Source: Octopus bimaculoides
Taxonomy: Eukaryota
Direction of reading: 5' to 3'
DNA length: 53,323 bases
Assembly (NCBI RefSeq): GCF_001194135.2
Contig: NC_068981.1
Span: 129,923,775-129,977,097, forward strand
Part shown: piece after piece, positions 23,546 to 36,415 of the stretch
Layout: each line of letters starts with the position of its first letter
Numbering within the stretch: position 1 is the first letter of the stretch
The notes under the pieces: model-generated
Seen by the model: only the letters and a program-made list of their open reading frames with translations
The model's database searches: none
What the model was told of the DNA's origin: nothing
Position numbers and translations under genes: made by a program

Positions 23546-24086
23546 AATGAACAAAAAAAATATATATGCTGTACTTAATTCAATTTATTCATGTTACAAT
23601 AATTACAACAATTATGGCATGTTTGATTATGATTATGTCTTTAATTACACCCTAACTTAGCCTTTAAGATGTATTTATATTTATATATATATATAAGTAT
23701 GTACAGCATATCTCAGCATGTCTTCCATACTTGTAACAAAATAATACTTTCAGTTAACCCATAAATGGCGACATCATCAACTGATGCCAAAGCATCACTT
23801 TGTCAAATGTGCCTAACTGTAAGTGACCCTTTTTGATGGGAGAAATCAAGTTGCAAATCAAAGATTTATATAGCTAATGAAGAAGTTTTTTCTGACTTAC
23901 CTTCAACAAATGTGGTAGATGATGATATTCCAGGTAGCATGAGATGCTTCAACATTTGCTACTTGGATATTCTTTTGTCACATGAAACTTGTTCCATCTA
24001 ATTTTGATTTAATAGACATACAGTTTGCTGATAAGATGAAACATTTTAAAATGTATTTATACCAGGTTCCACTTATAGGATCAGTC

Positions 24087-24552
24087 NNNNNNNNNNNNNN
24101 NNNNNNNNNNNNNNNNNNNNNNNNNNNNNNNNNNNNNNNNNNNNNNNNNNNNNNNNNNNNNNNNNNNNNNNNNNNNNNNNNNNNNNNNNNNNNNNNNNNN
24201 NNNNNNNNNNNNNNNNNNNNNNNNNNNNNNNNNNNNNNNNNNNNNNNNNNNNNNNNNNNNNNNNNNNNNNNNNNNNNNNNNNNNNNNNNNNNNNNNNNNN
24301 NNNNNNNNNNNNNNNNNNNNNNNNNNNNNNNNNNNNNNNNNNNNNNNNNNNNNNNNNNNNNNNNNNNNNNNNNNNNNNNNNNNNNNNNNNNNNNNNNNNN
24401 NNNNNNNNNNNNNNNNNNNNNNNNNNNNNNNNNNNNNNNNNNNNNNNNNNNNNNNNNNNNNNNNNNNNNNNNNNNNNNNNNNNNNNNNNNNNNNNNNNNN
24501 NNNNNNNNNNNNNNNNNNNNNNNNNNNNNNNNNNNNNNNNNNNNNNNNNNNN
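24087..24552. other. Assembly gap
   Basis: N run abutting a duplicated block. Confidence 1.
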
Positions 24553-24708
24553 AGACTAACAATTATTATAGCTTTTGTAGTTATTTAAAATGAAAATAGA
24601 TACAAAAATTACCCTTAAGAAATACTTTTTTTTAATTTTTAGCCCATTTGGCACACACATTTATGCAACCCTTTCCTGCTGTCTAAGGGTTAAATATGCC
24701 ATAAGATG

Positions 24709-24930
24709 TTGAGCGTGGCCGTTTTCGTGCGGGTGACACGTAAAAGCACCCACTACACTCTCTGAGTGGTTGGCGTTAGGAAGGGCATCCAGCTGTAGAA
24801 ACTCTGCCAAATTAGATTGGAGCCTGGTGTTGCCATCCGGTTTCACCAGTCCTCAGTCAAATCGTCCAACCCATGCTAGCATGGAAGGCGGACGTTAAAC
24901 GATGATGATGATGATGATGATGATGATGAT
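24709..24930 (+). mobile_element. Young RTE 3' tail copy
   Basis: Reverse complement of 7110-7320, ending in (GAT)n. Confidence 0.9.
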
Positions 24931-26233
24931 ACACTTCATAAACATTTTAGATGCAGAGAAAGAGAGGGAAAAGGAGACTGAGCTAACTAAGGAGGCAGTG
25001 ATATTATGAACTCCCTTTCCATTATTGAATTTAAGTCTCCATTTCATTTTCATCCTCTTTCTGTTGCATGTTTACTTTAACACCCACTTTTACTCAACCT
25101 CTCACTTCTTAAAATCCTTATTTTCTCTAACTCTTCATTGATTTCAGTATTTCCACCTCTCTTTTTCCTGTTCTTTCCTTCACTGTCTTTGTATCATTCT
25201 CCATTTACCATTATCAACACCAATGCCACTGCCAGCATCACTACCATAACTACCGACAGTTTATTTCTTATATTGTTTGCGCTACTTGCACAGAATTACA
25301 CTTCCCTATTATATTGCCAAATAAGTATTATTTACATACATTGCAAAAAACTTACCTCTGAACAAATTACTTGTGTATAGAAAGCAGAGTTCCCCATCTC
25401 CATTCCACCAATTATTCCCATTCACATTAATGAGCGATGTGCAAGGGTCTGAAATTTCCTTGATGTTCCCTATGTCTACAGAGAGCAGTCCCCCACATCC
25501 TTTACTAGAGTGCTTTGTTGTTTTGCAATGGAAAAATGCAAATGAAGAAGGTAGGTCCTCTCTAGTACTGGAGAACACCTACACTTGCATAGACCTGGCA
25601 GAATGAAAACTGATAGAGGCTGAGAAGTATGATAACCTTCATTTTCAGCTTCCCATCCACGGTAACCCAATTAAGCTTTCATCTGCTGAACCACCTTGTT
25701 ATACTCTCACATCTCTCCTTTTTCATTGTACCATGTTTCTCCATGTAACTAGGAATGGTATTAGATCTGCCTGACCCTCTAATCTGTTTCACACATTCTT
25801 CTATTCATTGAATCATGATACTTGATTATTAAGAGATGGCAATTCTCTTTTACTACTATCTCTATCACTCTACCTCTTTCTCCACTGAATACACTTCTGC
25901 ATGAAGGATTACATATCAGAATGTAATTAATACACCCTACTATTACCCTTATTTTGACTGTCAATTACTTATTACTCTCTTTCACCATTGTGCCACCACT
26001 ATCTCCCATTACATCTCACCTTATTCTATCTCTTCCTTAACTTAAACCCTACTGTTCCTCCTTTCACCCACTAACTCTAATTCTTCTGTCATTCTCTCTC
26101 TCTCTTTCTCTTCACCTTTTCTATCCTCTTAAGCATTTTGCCTTGGACAAACAAATTTTATAGTATAGTAAGGTCCCTCAGCCTTGTGGGGCATAAAGCA
26201 ATCTAGTGTTGGTGCTAGGTTTTCAAGTGATAT

Positions 26234-26541
26234 TCTGTCAGTTACGACAATGAGTGTTCCAGTTAATCTGATCATTGGAACAGCCTGCTTCTGAAATTCA
26301 TGTGCAAATGGCTGAACACTCCACAGACATGTGTACCCTTAACATAGTTCTCAGGGAGATTCAGTGTGACACAGAATGTGACAAGGCTGGCCCTTTGAAA
26401 TACAGGTACTACTCATTTTTGCCAGCTGAGCAGACTGGAGCAATGTGAAATAAAGTGTCTTGCTCAAGGGCACAATGCATTGCTGGGAATTGAACTCACA
26501 ATCGTGAGCTGAGTACCCTAACCACTAAGCTATGCTCCTTC
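26234..26541 (-). mobile_element. SINE family C
   Basis: Same body as 22220; head gtggttagggtactcagctcacgattgtgagttcaattccc on -. Confidence 0.85.
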
Positions 26542-27256
26542 ATGGTGCCAAGTACACTATAAAATAGAAGACAAATGAATTGAGACAACATAGGGTTGAG
26601 AGGAATGCCTCAATCTGGCTGTGGGCATGATAGTGTTGATACCTTGACAAAATATACCTGGTATTGTTTATAAAGTGGTTTTAGTTAGGAAGTGCATTGA
26701 ACCACAGAAGTTATGCCTCAAATAAAATACATAAGTAAGATGTGGTCCTCCAAGTCATTTAGGAGGCAATATCGCCAAATAAAAACTTGGAATCATAGAC
26801 CCATCCAACCTGTGCCATTAGGAAAAGCAGCTATAAAATGCTGATGAGGATATATATATATATATATATAGAATATAAAGAAAAGTCAGGACGTATGAGA
26901 TGAATATATTTATTTTACCAGTTGATATCCCATAGGATGACGATTGTTTTGCAGCCAACATCATACAAAAATAATTTTAGTGTATAATTAATTATTTTAC
27001 ATGTCTTCTATAAATTGCATAAACCTATTGTACATTTTACAAACGAATGCAGGTAAAGAAGGCGAGCTCATCAGATCAACACAATATGATAACATCTATT
27101 TTCTCAACTCCAGTATACACATACAAATCATCAAATTATTAATGCATGGAAGACATTACACTCCTATGTATTGTTTACTATGTGATTTGTAGCCTGGTCC
27201 CCCAAAGGGAACTTTTTGTGATTATCACCAGGTTATGTAAATCCATATATTGTGCA

Positions 27257-27298
<42 letters not shown>

Positions 27299-27309
27299 AT
27301 ATATATATA

Positions 27310-27355
<46 letters not shown>

Positions 27356-27688
27356 TACTAGCTACTGATGGTATTAAGGGCAGACATCGGGACACACATA
27401 CATACATAGTGTAATAAAATCTATAAATATATTATTGTTCTTACCATATTAATATATAGATATATATAAAATATAACAGGTCTTGAATGGCACAACAATG
27501 CAGAATGGACTATAATAAATGTTATAATTTAATTATTCATAGTCTGATATAATAATGTTTTGAAATATAAAAATTCCTTCTTCAGACATGGCTGAGCTTT
27601 ACAGTTGATAATATATATATAAGTTATTGCAGATGCACTATTATATCTTATTTAGTATTATACCATTGTAAGTGTTGTGTTTATTATA

Positions 27689-28910
27689 TTGGATTGGCCA
27701 AAATGTCCATTCAGTTCTTAAGCGAAAATAAGACACAAGTTTTAAACAAAAATCAATTTATTCAATCAATGATATAATTACTATTTCATCCCAGTATCTT
27801 CTGCCATCTTGTGGGCAGATCCATTATTTCCTGCTCAAAGGATTTTCTGTTTTTACACTTCCAGGCAAATTTTTCAGAGTTGAAGGTCTGTCCACTTAAT
27901 GAATTTTGAAGAGACCAAAAATCTGAAATCTGAAGGTGCAAGGTTGGGTGATTATGGAGGGTGCAGCAAAACTTCCCAGCCGAGCTCCAGTAACTTCTGC
28001 TGTGTCTACAAAGTGTACAGTCTGGCATTGGCAAAATGAAAGACAATGCCCTTATGATTAGTAAGTGCTGGATGATTCTGGTGGATTGCTGTGTGTAATT
28101 TGTTCAGTGGGTTACAATAAACCTCAAAATTGATGTCCTGCCTGTGAGAAGCTCATAAAAGACAACACTCTTCCAATCTCACCAAATTGGGAGCATAAGT
28201 TTCTTTGGGTGAAGTCCTACTATGGAGGTTGGTTATGGTAGTTCGCTGTGCTTTCCCTGATTGTTTGCACTAGTTGTAGGTAAACCATTTTTCATCCCCT
28301 GTCACCTTTCTCTTCAAAAAAGGATCATTTACTTCACGTTTCTGCAACAAATCACAGTTGAAATTTGTTGGATAAGGTTAGCTTCATTCAATCTCTGTGG
28401 GACTCAAACATCGAGTCTGATGATGTAACCAAGTTGATGCAGATGGTTTTCAACACTCAGTTTGGTTATATGGAGAATATTTGTGATCATATAAGAGTGG
28501 ATGGTGTCAGCTAATGCCTTCATTTTGATGCTGTTAATGTCAGTTGGTCAGTTAGACTGAGGTGCATCTTGAACTGAAAAATTTCCTAATCGAAATCTCA
28601 AAAACCACTTCTAGTACACATGTTCTGCAACAGCATCCTCTCTGTACACAGCACATGTCTTCCTGTTGATTTCTGGCACTTTGTCTTTCTTTTTTTAAAT
28701 AAAAATAGCATGAAGTGTTGGTAATGTTCGTTTTGTCTCTGCATTTTCAGAATGATTCCAAGTACACAAAACAACCTGTTTCGCTGCAAGTTTGCATCGG
28801 ACTATATTGAAGAGTCAAGTATTTAATGAGTGCATATGTGCAAAGAACAGACTGAAGTTAGCCACTTATTAGAGTGTTCGAAAACTAAACGGACTTGTTG
28901 GCCAATCCAG
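27689..28910 (-). mobile_element. Decayed full-length mariner (Tc1/mariner) DNA transposon, ~1.22 kb
   Basis: TIRs ttggattggccaaaatgtccattcagtt and aaactaaacggacttgttggccaatcca, TA at left. Minus-strand relics MQRQNEHYQHFMLFLFKK (N-terminus) and SLQNSLSGQTFNS...FEQEIMDLPTRWQKI (C-terminus). Frameshifted. Confidence 0.88.
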
Positions 28911-30838
28911 GAAAATGCATGAATCATCATTGCAACTAGGTTTCCATTTAAAAATTTTTATTTTATAATCCACTTTTGTGAACAAAACAATAGTATTGAT
29001 GGTTACAGGTTTCAAATGGTTCAGTGTATTTATGATGGTAAAAGTGATAAGGAGTATCTTGTAAATTGAGCAAATAAATAGGACATATTTCTATTTGTAA
29101 TTACTAGTTACTCATTGATGCTTATATCTTTCATTGATATGAATCAGCAAAAAATACACACACATATGATGGGTTTCTGCAGTTTCCATTTACCAAATTC
29201 CTCACTGGAATTTCAAGACTGTTATGAAAAAAACTTACCCACGATGCCATACAGTCAGATCAAACATGAAAGCATGTGATTATAAAAGTAAATTTCTTAA
29301 TTACACCAGTTATGACTAAAGAGATTTTTGCTTTTTTCTTTTTAAATAAATACAATAACATTTCATAGAATCAAAATGAATTGAGCTCAATTCAGAAATA
29401 TAGCTCCCTAGAATAAGCTTTGCCACTAACTTTTCAGAATCCATGTTCTAGATGACTTGTGACTGTAAATACCTACAGCATTTTTCTGACTTTCTAGAAC
29501 AAGGGGCAAATACAACATTTTCATTGAGAATTTTTGCTGATAAAAGGTTCAAAGAAAAATATGGTATGAACAGAATTCTAAGATGTAATTTTAGAAAGGA
29601 GAGGTTAAATAAATGCTTACTATGGAATCAGAATGTGAATTAGATGAGTAATAGGTGCCTTAGTGTGTTTAGTTTAAAACGGTATGCAGTCAGAAATATT
29701 AGAGGAGCAGAGTTTGTAGCAAAAAGAGTAGTTCTAGTATTGAAAATTGGAGAGTGAAGGCAGGTGAAAGCTTACTGAGTGAACACACTTTAAGTTTGTG
29801 CTTTAATGTAATGCAAAAATGCCTATCTTATGTGGTATGCATGGTTTCAGATATCTGAGCAGTGCTGTAGCATAAATCATATATGTTTTATGTTTTAAAA
29901 GGTGATAGTGATGAAAACCATAGAAGAAACCACTGAGAGCCCTCAAAACAACAAATATATAATGTAGGGGTCTTAGAAAGCTTAACATATGCTGTGGTGG
30001 AATTGCCTGAAAAGAAAGCTTGTGATTTGACTGTTTTATCATTATAAATATATCTTAGAAAAATTTCATAGCTTATTATGAGATGTTTACAGTCCTGACT
30101 CATATTTAAGTTGTTATTCATGAAGTATACAATTTCAGTCCTGATCTTTTTAGGAACTGGATTGAAGGTGTGTAGATTGTAATAACTGAACGAAAACTGT
30201 TACTTGACCAATGTTTTCATCAAATTAAAACTTAAAATGTCAACTGAAACATGAGCATCTTATAACATTTTCTTGTGAATATGTTTCTTTTAGAGACATA
30301 AGTAAAACTCTGCAGTTTATATTTGCCAAATGTTAAGTCAATAAAGGCGTAAAATTCAAGAATATTGATTTTTCACACTGGCACTATACTACAGATAAGT
30401 AACTCATTACATGACTAGTACCTATTCAACTAATCCCACAAAGATGCAAGATGAAGTAGTAAAATGTCATTAAAACTGGAGAATGAGAGAATTAAATACT
30501 TTAAGTGTTCAGTCTAACATTTTTCATCAGACTTCATCCAACCTTAAATTCAAGGAGATTGAAAAACAAAACAAAGTTTCTGAGTTTACTATTTTTTTCT
30601 CATTTTTTAATTTTGTTTTTTTTTTGCTTTTATATAGTAAGAAAAAAGTTATGTTGTTCATGGGGCTTCTTACTATGGTTGTAATTGTTTGTTTTGCTAG
30701 CTACCAACTTCTCACAAGAAGAGTGCTACAGTTTGAAACTGGCTGTCCATCTACACAGTGTAAACAAACAGGGTACAGTATCTTCTAAAAGGAGGTAGGC
30801 AGGCAGGCATTGATATAATAACCTAAGTTTAGTCTTCG
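28911..30838 (-). other. Probable PRELID3 3'UTR (far end uncertain)
   Basis: Mostly unique AT-rich sequence after the stop, with an AATAAA on - near 28960 just before the mariner fossil. The end is not demonstrable. Confidence 0.4.
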
Positions 30839-30964
30839 TCATAATGATGTTGCTGTAGAATGGTTCGTTGGTAATACAGAATCCATACATTTTTTAGCTT
30901 CTTCGGTTAAATCCTTAGCTTCTCCTTTCAGTTTACCAATCACCCATTCCATTGCTTGTCGGCC
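30839..30964 (-). CDS. PRELID3B: PRELID3/SLMO2 last coding exon
   Basis: ctttgtttttgcag|. Translates GRQAMEWVIGKLKGEAKDLTEEAKKCMDSVLPTNHSTATSL*, stop TGA at 30841-30839. GR.AMEWVI is conserved in the family. Confidence 0.94.
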   Translation of the reverse strand, partial: GRQAMEWVIGKLKGEAKDLTEEAKKCMDSVLPTNHSTATSL

Positions 30965-31580
30965 CTGCAAAAACAAAGACAATTAGTGAATTATTGAAAT
31001 AAAGGATTATAAACTATTTTCAAAATATGTCATAGTGTCACTTCTAATGAGTAAATGAGGAGATTTTTAAATGATTGCTTCACCATTTAAATACTACAAC
31101 ACCAAACTTTCCCTCTAATAAATCTCTAGTCTGAAATCAATATGCTCAGATATTAATTTGAACATATTGGGACTAGCTGAATAACAGATAAAGAAAATTA
31201 TATATATATATCATATAATGGAGTCGTTTATTTGTTGAAAGAGTTGTCTTGTGAATCACTTAAATATGAATTAGGACTGGAACCAGTTTTGGGTTCATTC
31301 AGTCAACTTGATCAAGTAGAAGTTTAGCAGCATAACACGTTGATGGATTTATAGATTGTTCAAACTAATAAGTTCTGGCCATGTTGAAATACTTTCTTTC
31401 TAAAATGAAACATCATGAATTGATGTGTCAACCTAATGCCATGCTAATGTGTTCTGCCTTGTTCCAATTTAGAATGCGTAAAATTTGAACTTGTGGTCAC
31501 TGTTGTCAGTAGAATATAATAAACATGATAATTAAAAGTTTGTTTTCCATTTTTTATGCTTCAAATACAAAAACAAATTA

Positions 31581-31736
<156 letters not shown>

Positions 31737-31817
31737 TTAGAAAATTTGGTATTAAAACAGAACACAAAAACTTTGAGATGATGTGCTTTCAAGTAATGTT
31801 TTTTTAAATCCTCTTTA

Positions 31818-32020
31818 ATCCTTTAACATTTAAAATGACCATATCCAGCCCAAATATTGTACCTGATCTATGTTCAAATCAACCAGATCTAGCCTCTTAC
31901 ACTTGCCCTACAATGTCATTCTAAAAATGACAATCATAACATCAAAATCTCAAAGCTATGAGATAATGTTAACAAATAGGCATTACATTTGACAGAGTAA
32001 TCTGAATGTGAAAGGGTAAA
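31818..32020. mobile_element. piggyBac-like MITE
   Basis: ttaatcctttaacatttaa...ctgaatgtgaaagggtaaa; same body as 33116. Confidence 0.7.
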
Positions 32021-33115
32021 CATCCTATTTCTAAGAATACACATCCTTTAAATTAGTGAAAAACCAAAATGGATAAGAAAGTTGAAGCATCTGGAGATGA
32101 TCAACAAACTAGAATAGATAGAAACAAACAAAACTGCGGTTGGTATGGAAAAATACCTGCTGCCCAACAGTAACTCCTAAAAAAAATATAGACATATGAT
32201 AATTAAATAAGTTTAGCTACTGGAAAGAATAATTCAATTTAAAGAAACAAACAACACTAATGACTGTGATGATGATAATAAATAGAACAAAAGAAGGATG
32301 CTTCTTTTTGATAACAGTAAAGAGATAAGGGTGCCCTAAATGTTTACAGGTCAACCCCTTAGCATTCAGCTTATTTTATCAAATGCACAGATATAGCCAG
32401 TTTAAACACTAAAGGGCTAAACAGACAAACAGTGAAACAAAGTAGACACACAGGCAGTCAGAAAAAAATGGGAAGTAGTTCAAAACAAAACAGGTCAATT
32501 ATGATCACTTAACTTTGAACTATCAAAAGACAAATTATGGGTTGCCTCATAATTTGTTTGAAGTCTGAGTTTACTATTTTTTTCTCATTTTTTAATTTTG
32601 TTTTTTTTTTGCTTTTATATAGTAAGAAAAAAGTTATGTTGTTCATGGGGCTTCTTACTATGGTTGTAATTGTTTGTTTTGCTAGCTACCAACTTCTCAC
32701 AAGAAGACTTCAAGGCATTCTAAGACTAATTCATATATTGTTTTGAAAAAATGTAGAAGTCATTTCAGTTTATGTGGAAATCTGCCAGAAACAGCAATTA
32801 TAGATTTATATCTATAATTACTAAATATTTAATTACAAGTCATTGACTGGCAGGAACTGTAGAGCATTGAGGTTAATAATTTATGATATCTAGTTTTGCT
32901 TCTGTTTTGAATTTATGCCCCAATTTTAATCACAGTCAATAAGTACCAGAAATATATTTGAACTGATTCCATAAACTATAGCCTATGGGATTTTATGACC
33001 ATTCCACATTATACTAATATATTCCTGCTGTGAAAAAATAGGATGGTAATTGCAATATTTTTTTAATGAATTTCCTAATAATCATAAAATGTTTGTTGCA
33101 GTTCAGACTATTTAA

Positions 33116-33335
33116 ACCTTTAGCATTTAAACTGGCCATGTCTGGCCTAAATATTCTACTAGTTTTATGTTTAAACTGGTCAGATCTAGTCTGTCATATC
33201 TAGCCGACAATGTTATTCTAAAAACAAACAATCACATCATCATAATCTTTAAGCTTGGATATAATGCATGATTAATTCAAAACAATGTAAATAAATAAGC
33301 ATTATATTTGACAGAATAATCTGAATGCTAATGGG
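33116..33335. mobile_element. piggyBac-like MITE with TTAA flanks
   Basis: TTAA|acctttagcatt ... aatgctaatggg|TTAA. A short deletion derivative lies at about 32353-32420. Confidence 0.75.
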
Positions 33336-34359
33336 TTAAATCACAATTTTAACACTGTGGGGATACTTTCAAGAGAAAGACAGAATCCAGAACAAAAGAA
33401 ATGCATTACAAGGGTGGCCCTTACATATATTTATGACTGTTGCTCTTTGAGTGAACATTTTACTATGTGATGCTTTACACAGAACAGTGAAACCAATTAA
33501 ATCAACAGTGTTGAGCCAAGCTTCTGAAGTCACTAAATAAAGTGCTAGTTTAGGGCAGTGGAATGAGGAAATTGATAGAATGTCAGTCGGGATGCCTTAC
33601 AGTATTTGTTCCAGTGCTTTGTTCTCCAAGTTCAAATCCTGTCATAGCATACTTAGGTGGTAGACTTAGTCAGTCATCTGGTTTAACACTAGCATCTTGT
33701 CCTTGAGTGTTTTTAATAGAGTTCACTTCATTGCAAGCTTCCTCCCTCCCACCACACTCATCAGTTCTCTCAGAATCATGGGCACATATATAATAAACTT
33801 ATCAAACACTGGTACTGTACAGTATCCACAGCTAAGACTCTTTCACTTTCACAGACTCTTTCACAGTTTCTTAACTGTAGTTATAATGAATAGATTTAGC
33901 TAATTGTCATAAGCAGCCAGGACGAGTGTTTTGTTAATTAGTAAAACTGAACTCAAATCTTCCTATGGACTTCAATCAAACAATAGAAAACGACTTAAGA
34001 ATACTTCCCCTTGAAATCCTTAGGAAGTGGTTGATGACAAACATTTAAGATATTTTCTTCATAAAATTAGTAAGCTAACGATGCAGGCATCAGTAGCTTA
34101 GTGAGAGCCCCCAGTACCCCAGTGTGGTGAGGTATTCTTTTGCATCTTTACCTTAATGGGCATGAAAGGCCATAGGACATTTCAAACCTTCTCATATCTC
34201 CACTCCACCTGGGATATGGACATGCAGTTAAAAATGTTGGATTGGGTTCTGGGTTCATTCCTACTGCATAGCAACTAGAGCAAGTATCTTCTACTACAAC
34301 CTTGGGTTTACCAAGACCTTGTAAATAAAATGTGGTCAATAGAAACAACAGAATCATTC

Positions 34360-34396
<37 letters not shown>

Positions 34397-34584
34397 CAGT
34401 GTGAATTGACAAAACTGGTGCAACTAAATGCAGTAGTATTTTGGTTTCTGTTATGGTTATGCCCCTTCGTGGATGAGCACAAAATAAATACCAAAGTACT
34501 GGAGTTGATATAATTAACTAAAGCTCTTTTGGCTGTGTTCCAGTGCAATAAGAAATTCAAATATTTTTTCTAGAAAATCTGCCA

Positions 34585-35196
34585 ACTGGAAATATGCTGC
34601 GCGTGGGAAGGCCCGGCAGCCCAGGTGAAACCTAAATCTAAGGCCTCAGCCAGTCCACTTATGCGTACCTTCCTTCATTGTACACTAAACTCCACTTGCG
34701 AAGACCTGTTGAGGCAAGTGAAATCGAAATTGAGTTAAATTCGACGACTGGCACCCATGCCAACGTCGTCTCCTTCATTGGACACGAAACTCAGCTTGCG
34801 AAGACTTATTGGGGCAAGCGAAAGCGAAATTGTGATGGCACCTGTGCCCAGCGTCGCCTTTCTGGCACTTGTGCCCGCGGCATGTGTAAGGACTTTCGAG
34901 CGAGATCGTTGCCAGTGCCCTTGGACTGGCTCTTGTGCGGGTGGCACATAAAATACACCATTTTGAGCGTAGCCGTTGCCAGTACCGCCTGACTGGCCTT
35001 CGTGCCGGTGGCACGTAAAAGCACCCACTACACTCTCTGAGTGGTTGGCGTTAGGAAGGGCATCCAGCTGTAGAAACTCTGCCAAATCAGATTGGAGCCT
35101 GGTATAGCCATCTGGTTTCACCAGTCCTCAGTCAAATCGTCCAACCCATGCTAGCATGGAAAGTGGATGTTAAACGACGACGATGATGATGATGAT
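34585..35196 (+). mobile_element. RTE LINE 3' end (last ORF codons plus complete ~560-nt 3'UTR)
   Basis: Begins with a relic of W.WAVREKTRQAK* (ARGKARQPR*), is CpG-rich, and ends with the same tail as 7110 and 24709. Confidence 0.88.
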
Positions 35197-35929
35197 CAAA
35201 GACATATGGAGGTTTTGCTTTTAGTGAAGGAGGGATTATTTTCCCAGCTAACATCAACCAGTAGATCTGCAGTGTATTATATACTTAAAAACAGATACTT
35301 TACAGCTGAATTCCCTCCCAAATACAGAAAGATGTGTTAAGTGACAGTAAAACATTTTAGTTGGCTCCAAATTGATCAGAGTAATGTCCCTTATCACAAG
35401 ACGCAGCATAAAATTTGAACCAAAAAAATATCAGCTTACCCAATTTAATTGCAAAATTAAATTTCATGATCATTCTAGTAACAATGTTAAATATCTACCA
35501 AAAACTAGATTTTAGTATTTACTGCAATAATCTCAACTTATCTGAACAGAAAATAGTTTTAAACATGACATAACTTGACAAAAGATAGACTGGTATATGA
35601 AACTGCTTTCTGCAGTTAAGGGTAATGAAATTTTGAGTCAATAAACAGGATTTCCACAGTTAAAGGGTTAACTTCTTGAATACTGAAATGTTTACCTTAC
35701 TAGAAACAACTTCATCAAAGAAGCAAGTTTCTCATATGAGACTCTGATGAAGCTATAAAATATTACTCAAGCACTCAAGTATGAGTCCATTGCACTTCAT
35801 AGCAGAAACAGTAGTAAGCTAATGAAGTTCATAAGGTAATCGTTTATTTCTTTGTCATCTTATTTTCTTATACAAGGTGTTGACAGTAGGTAACAACAAG
35901 AAACAACAACCTACTCTCCTTTAATATCA

Positions 35930-36130
35930 AATATTGGTTTCAAATTTTAGCACAACCCCAGTAATTTTGGGGTTGATTACATTGACCCCAGTGTTCAACT
36001 TATTTCACTGACACCAAAAGGATGAAAGGCAAAGTTGACCTCAATGGAATTTGAACTCAGAACATAAAGACAGACAGAATGCTGCAAAGAATTTTGCCTG
36101 GTGTGTAAACAATTCTGCTAGCTCACTGCA
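35930..36130 (-). mobile_element. SINE family B
   Basis: aatattggtttcaaatttt...ggatgaaaggcaaagttgacctc...aattctgctagctc. Confidence 0.85.
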
Positions 36131-36344
36131 TATCTCTAATATTAGATATTGATAGCTAACATAAAGCATAGTGAGAGAGGGAGAGAGCAAGATGGTGGAG
36201 GGGAAAGTGCTTCAGGCAGAGAAAAGCTGTTTTTCAGGATAATAGATTACAAAATCAAATTTTAGTTTGAAGAATATGTCCTAACATTCAAATATTGTTT
36301 TCAGTTGATTCAAATAAAATTTTAATGTTATATAGTTGACTTAC

Positions 36345-36415
36345 CTAGATTTATCTTTGGGATCAGGACAATATGTTAAGTTTTCATCAATAGATACAAT
36401 ATTATAGAATGTTAA
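36345..36415 (-). CDS. PRELID3B: PRELID3/SLMO2 exon, 71 nt
   Basis: ttttgttttccag| ... AG|GTAAGT. Translates LTFYNIVSIDENLTYCPDPKDKS. Phase 0/2. Confidence 0.93.

Noticed and set aside
25000-26130. Purine/pyrimidine-skewed region with several 60-90 aa ORFs (similarly 18500-18960)
   Set aside because: Possibly very old retroelement debris, but I recognised no motif, so it is not called.
27060-27080. CUGAUGA on the minus strand as a hammerhead
   Set aside because: No GAAA at a compatible distance and no stem II.
30483-30788. 101-aa hydrophobic ORF sharing a peptide with 32537-32746
   Set aside because: Antisense of the A-rich PRELID3 3'UTR; the shared peptide reflects the 144-bp duplicate.
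34678-35121. Several overlapping GC-rich ORFs of 64-128 aa
   Set aside because: All lie in the RTE 3'UTR. The MKPDG.TRLQSDLAEFLQLDALPNANHS peptide recurs at 7183, 13386 and 24661 because it is the antisense of a repeat.
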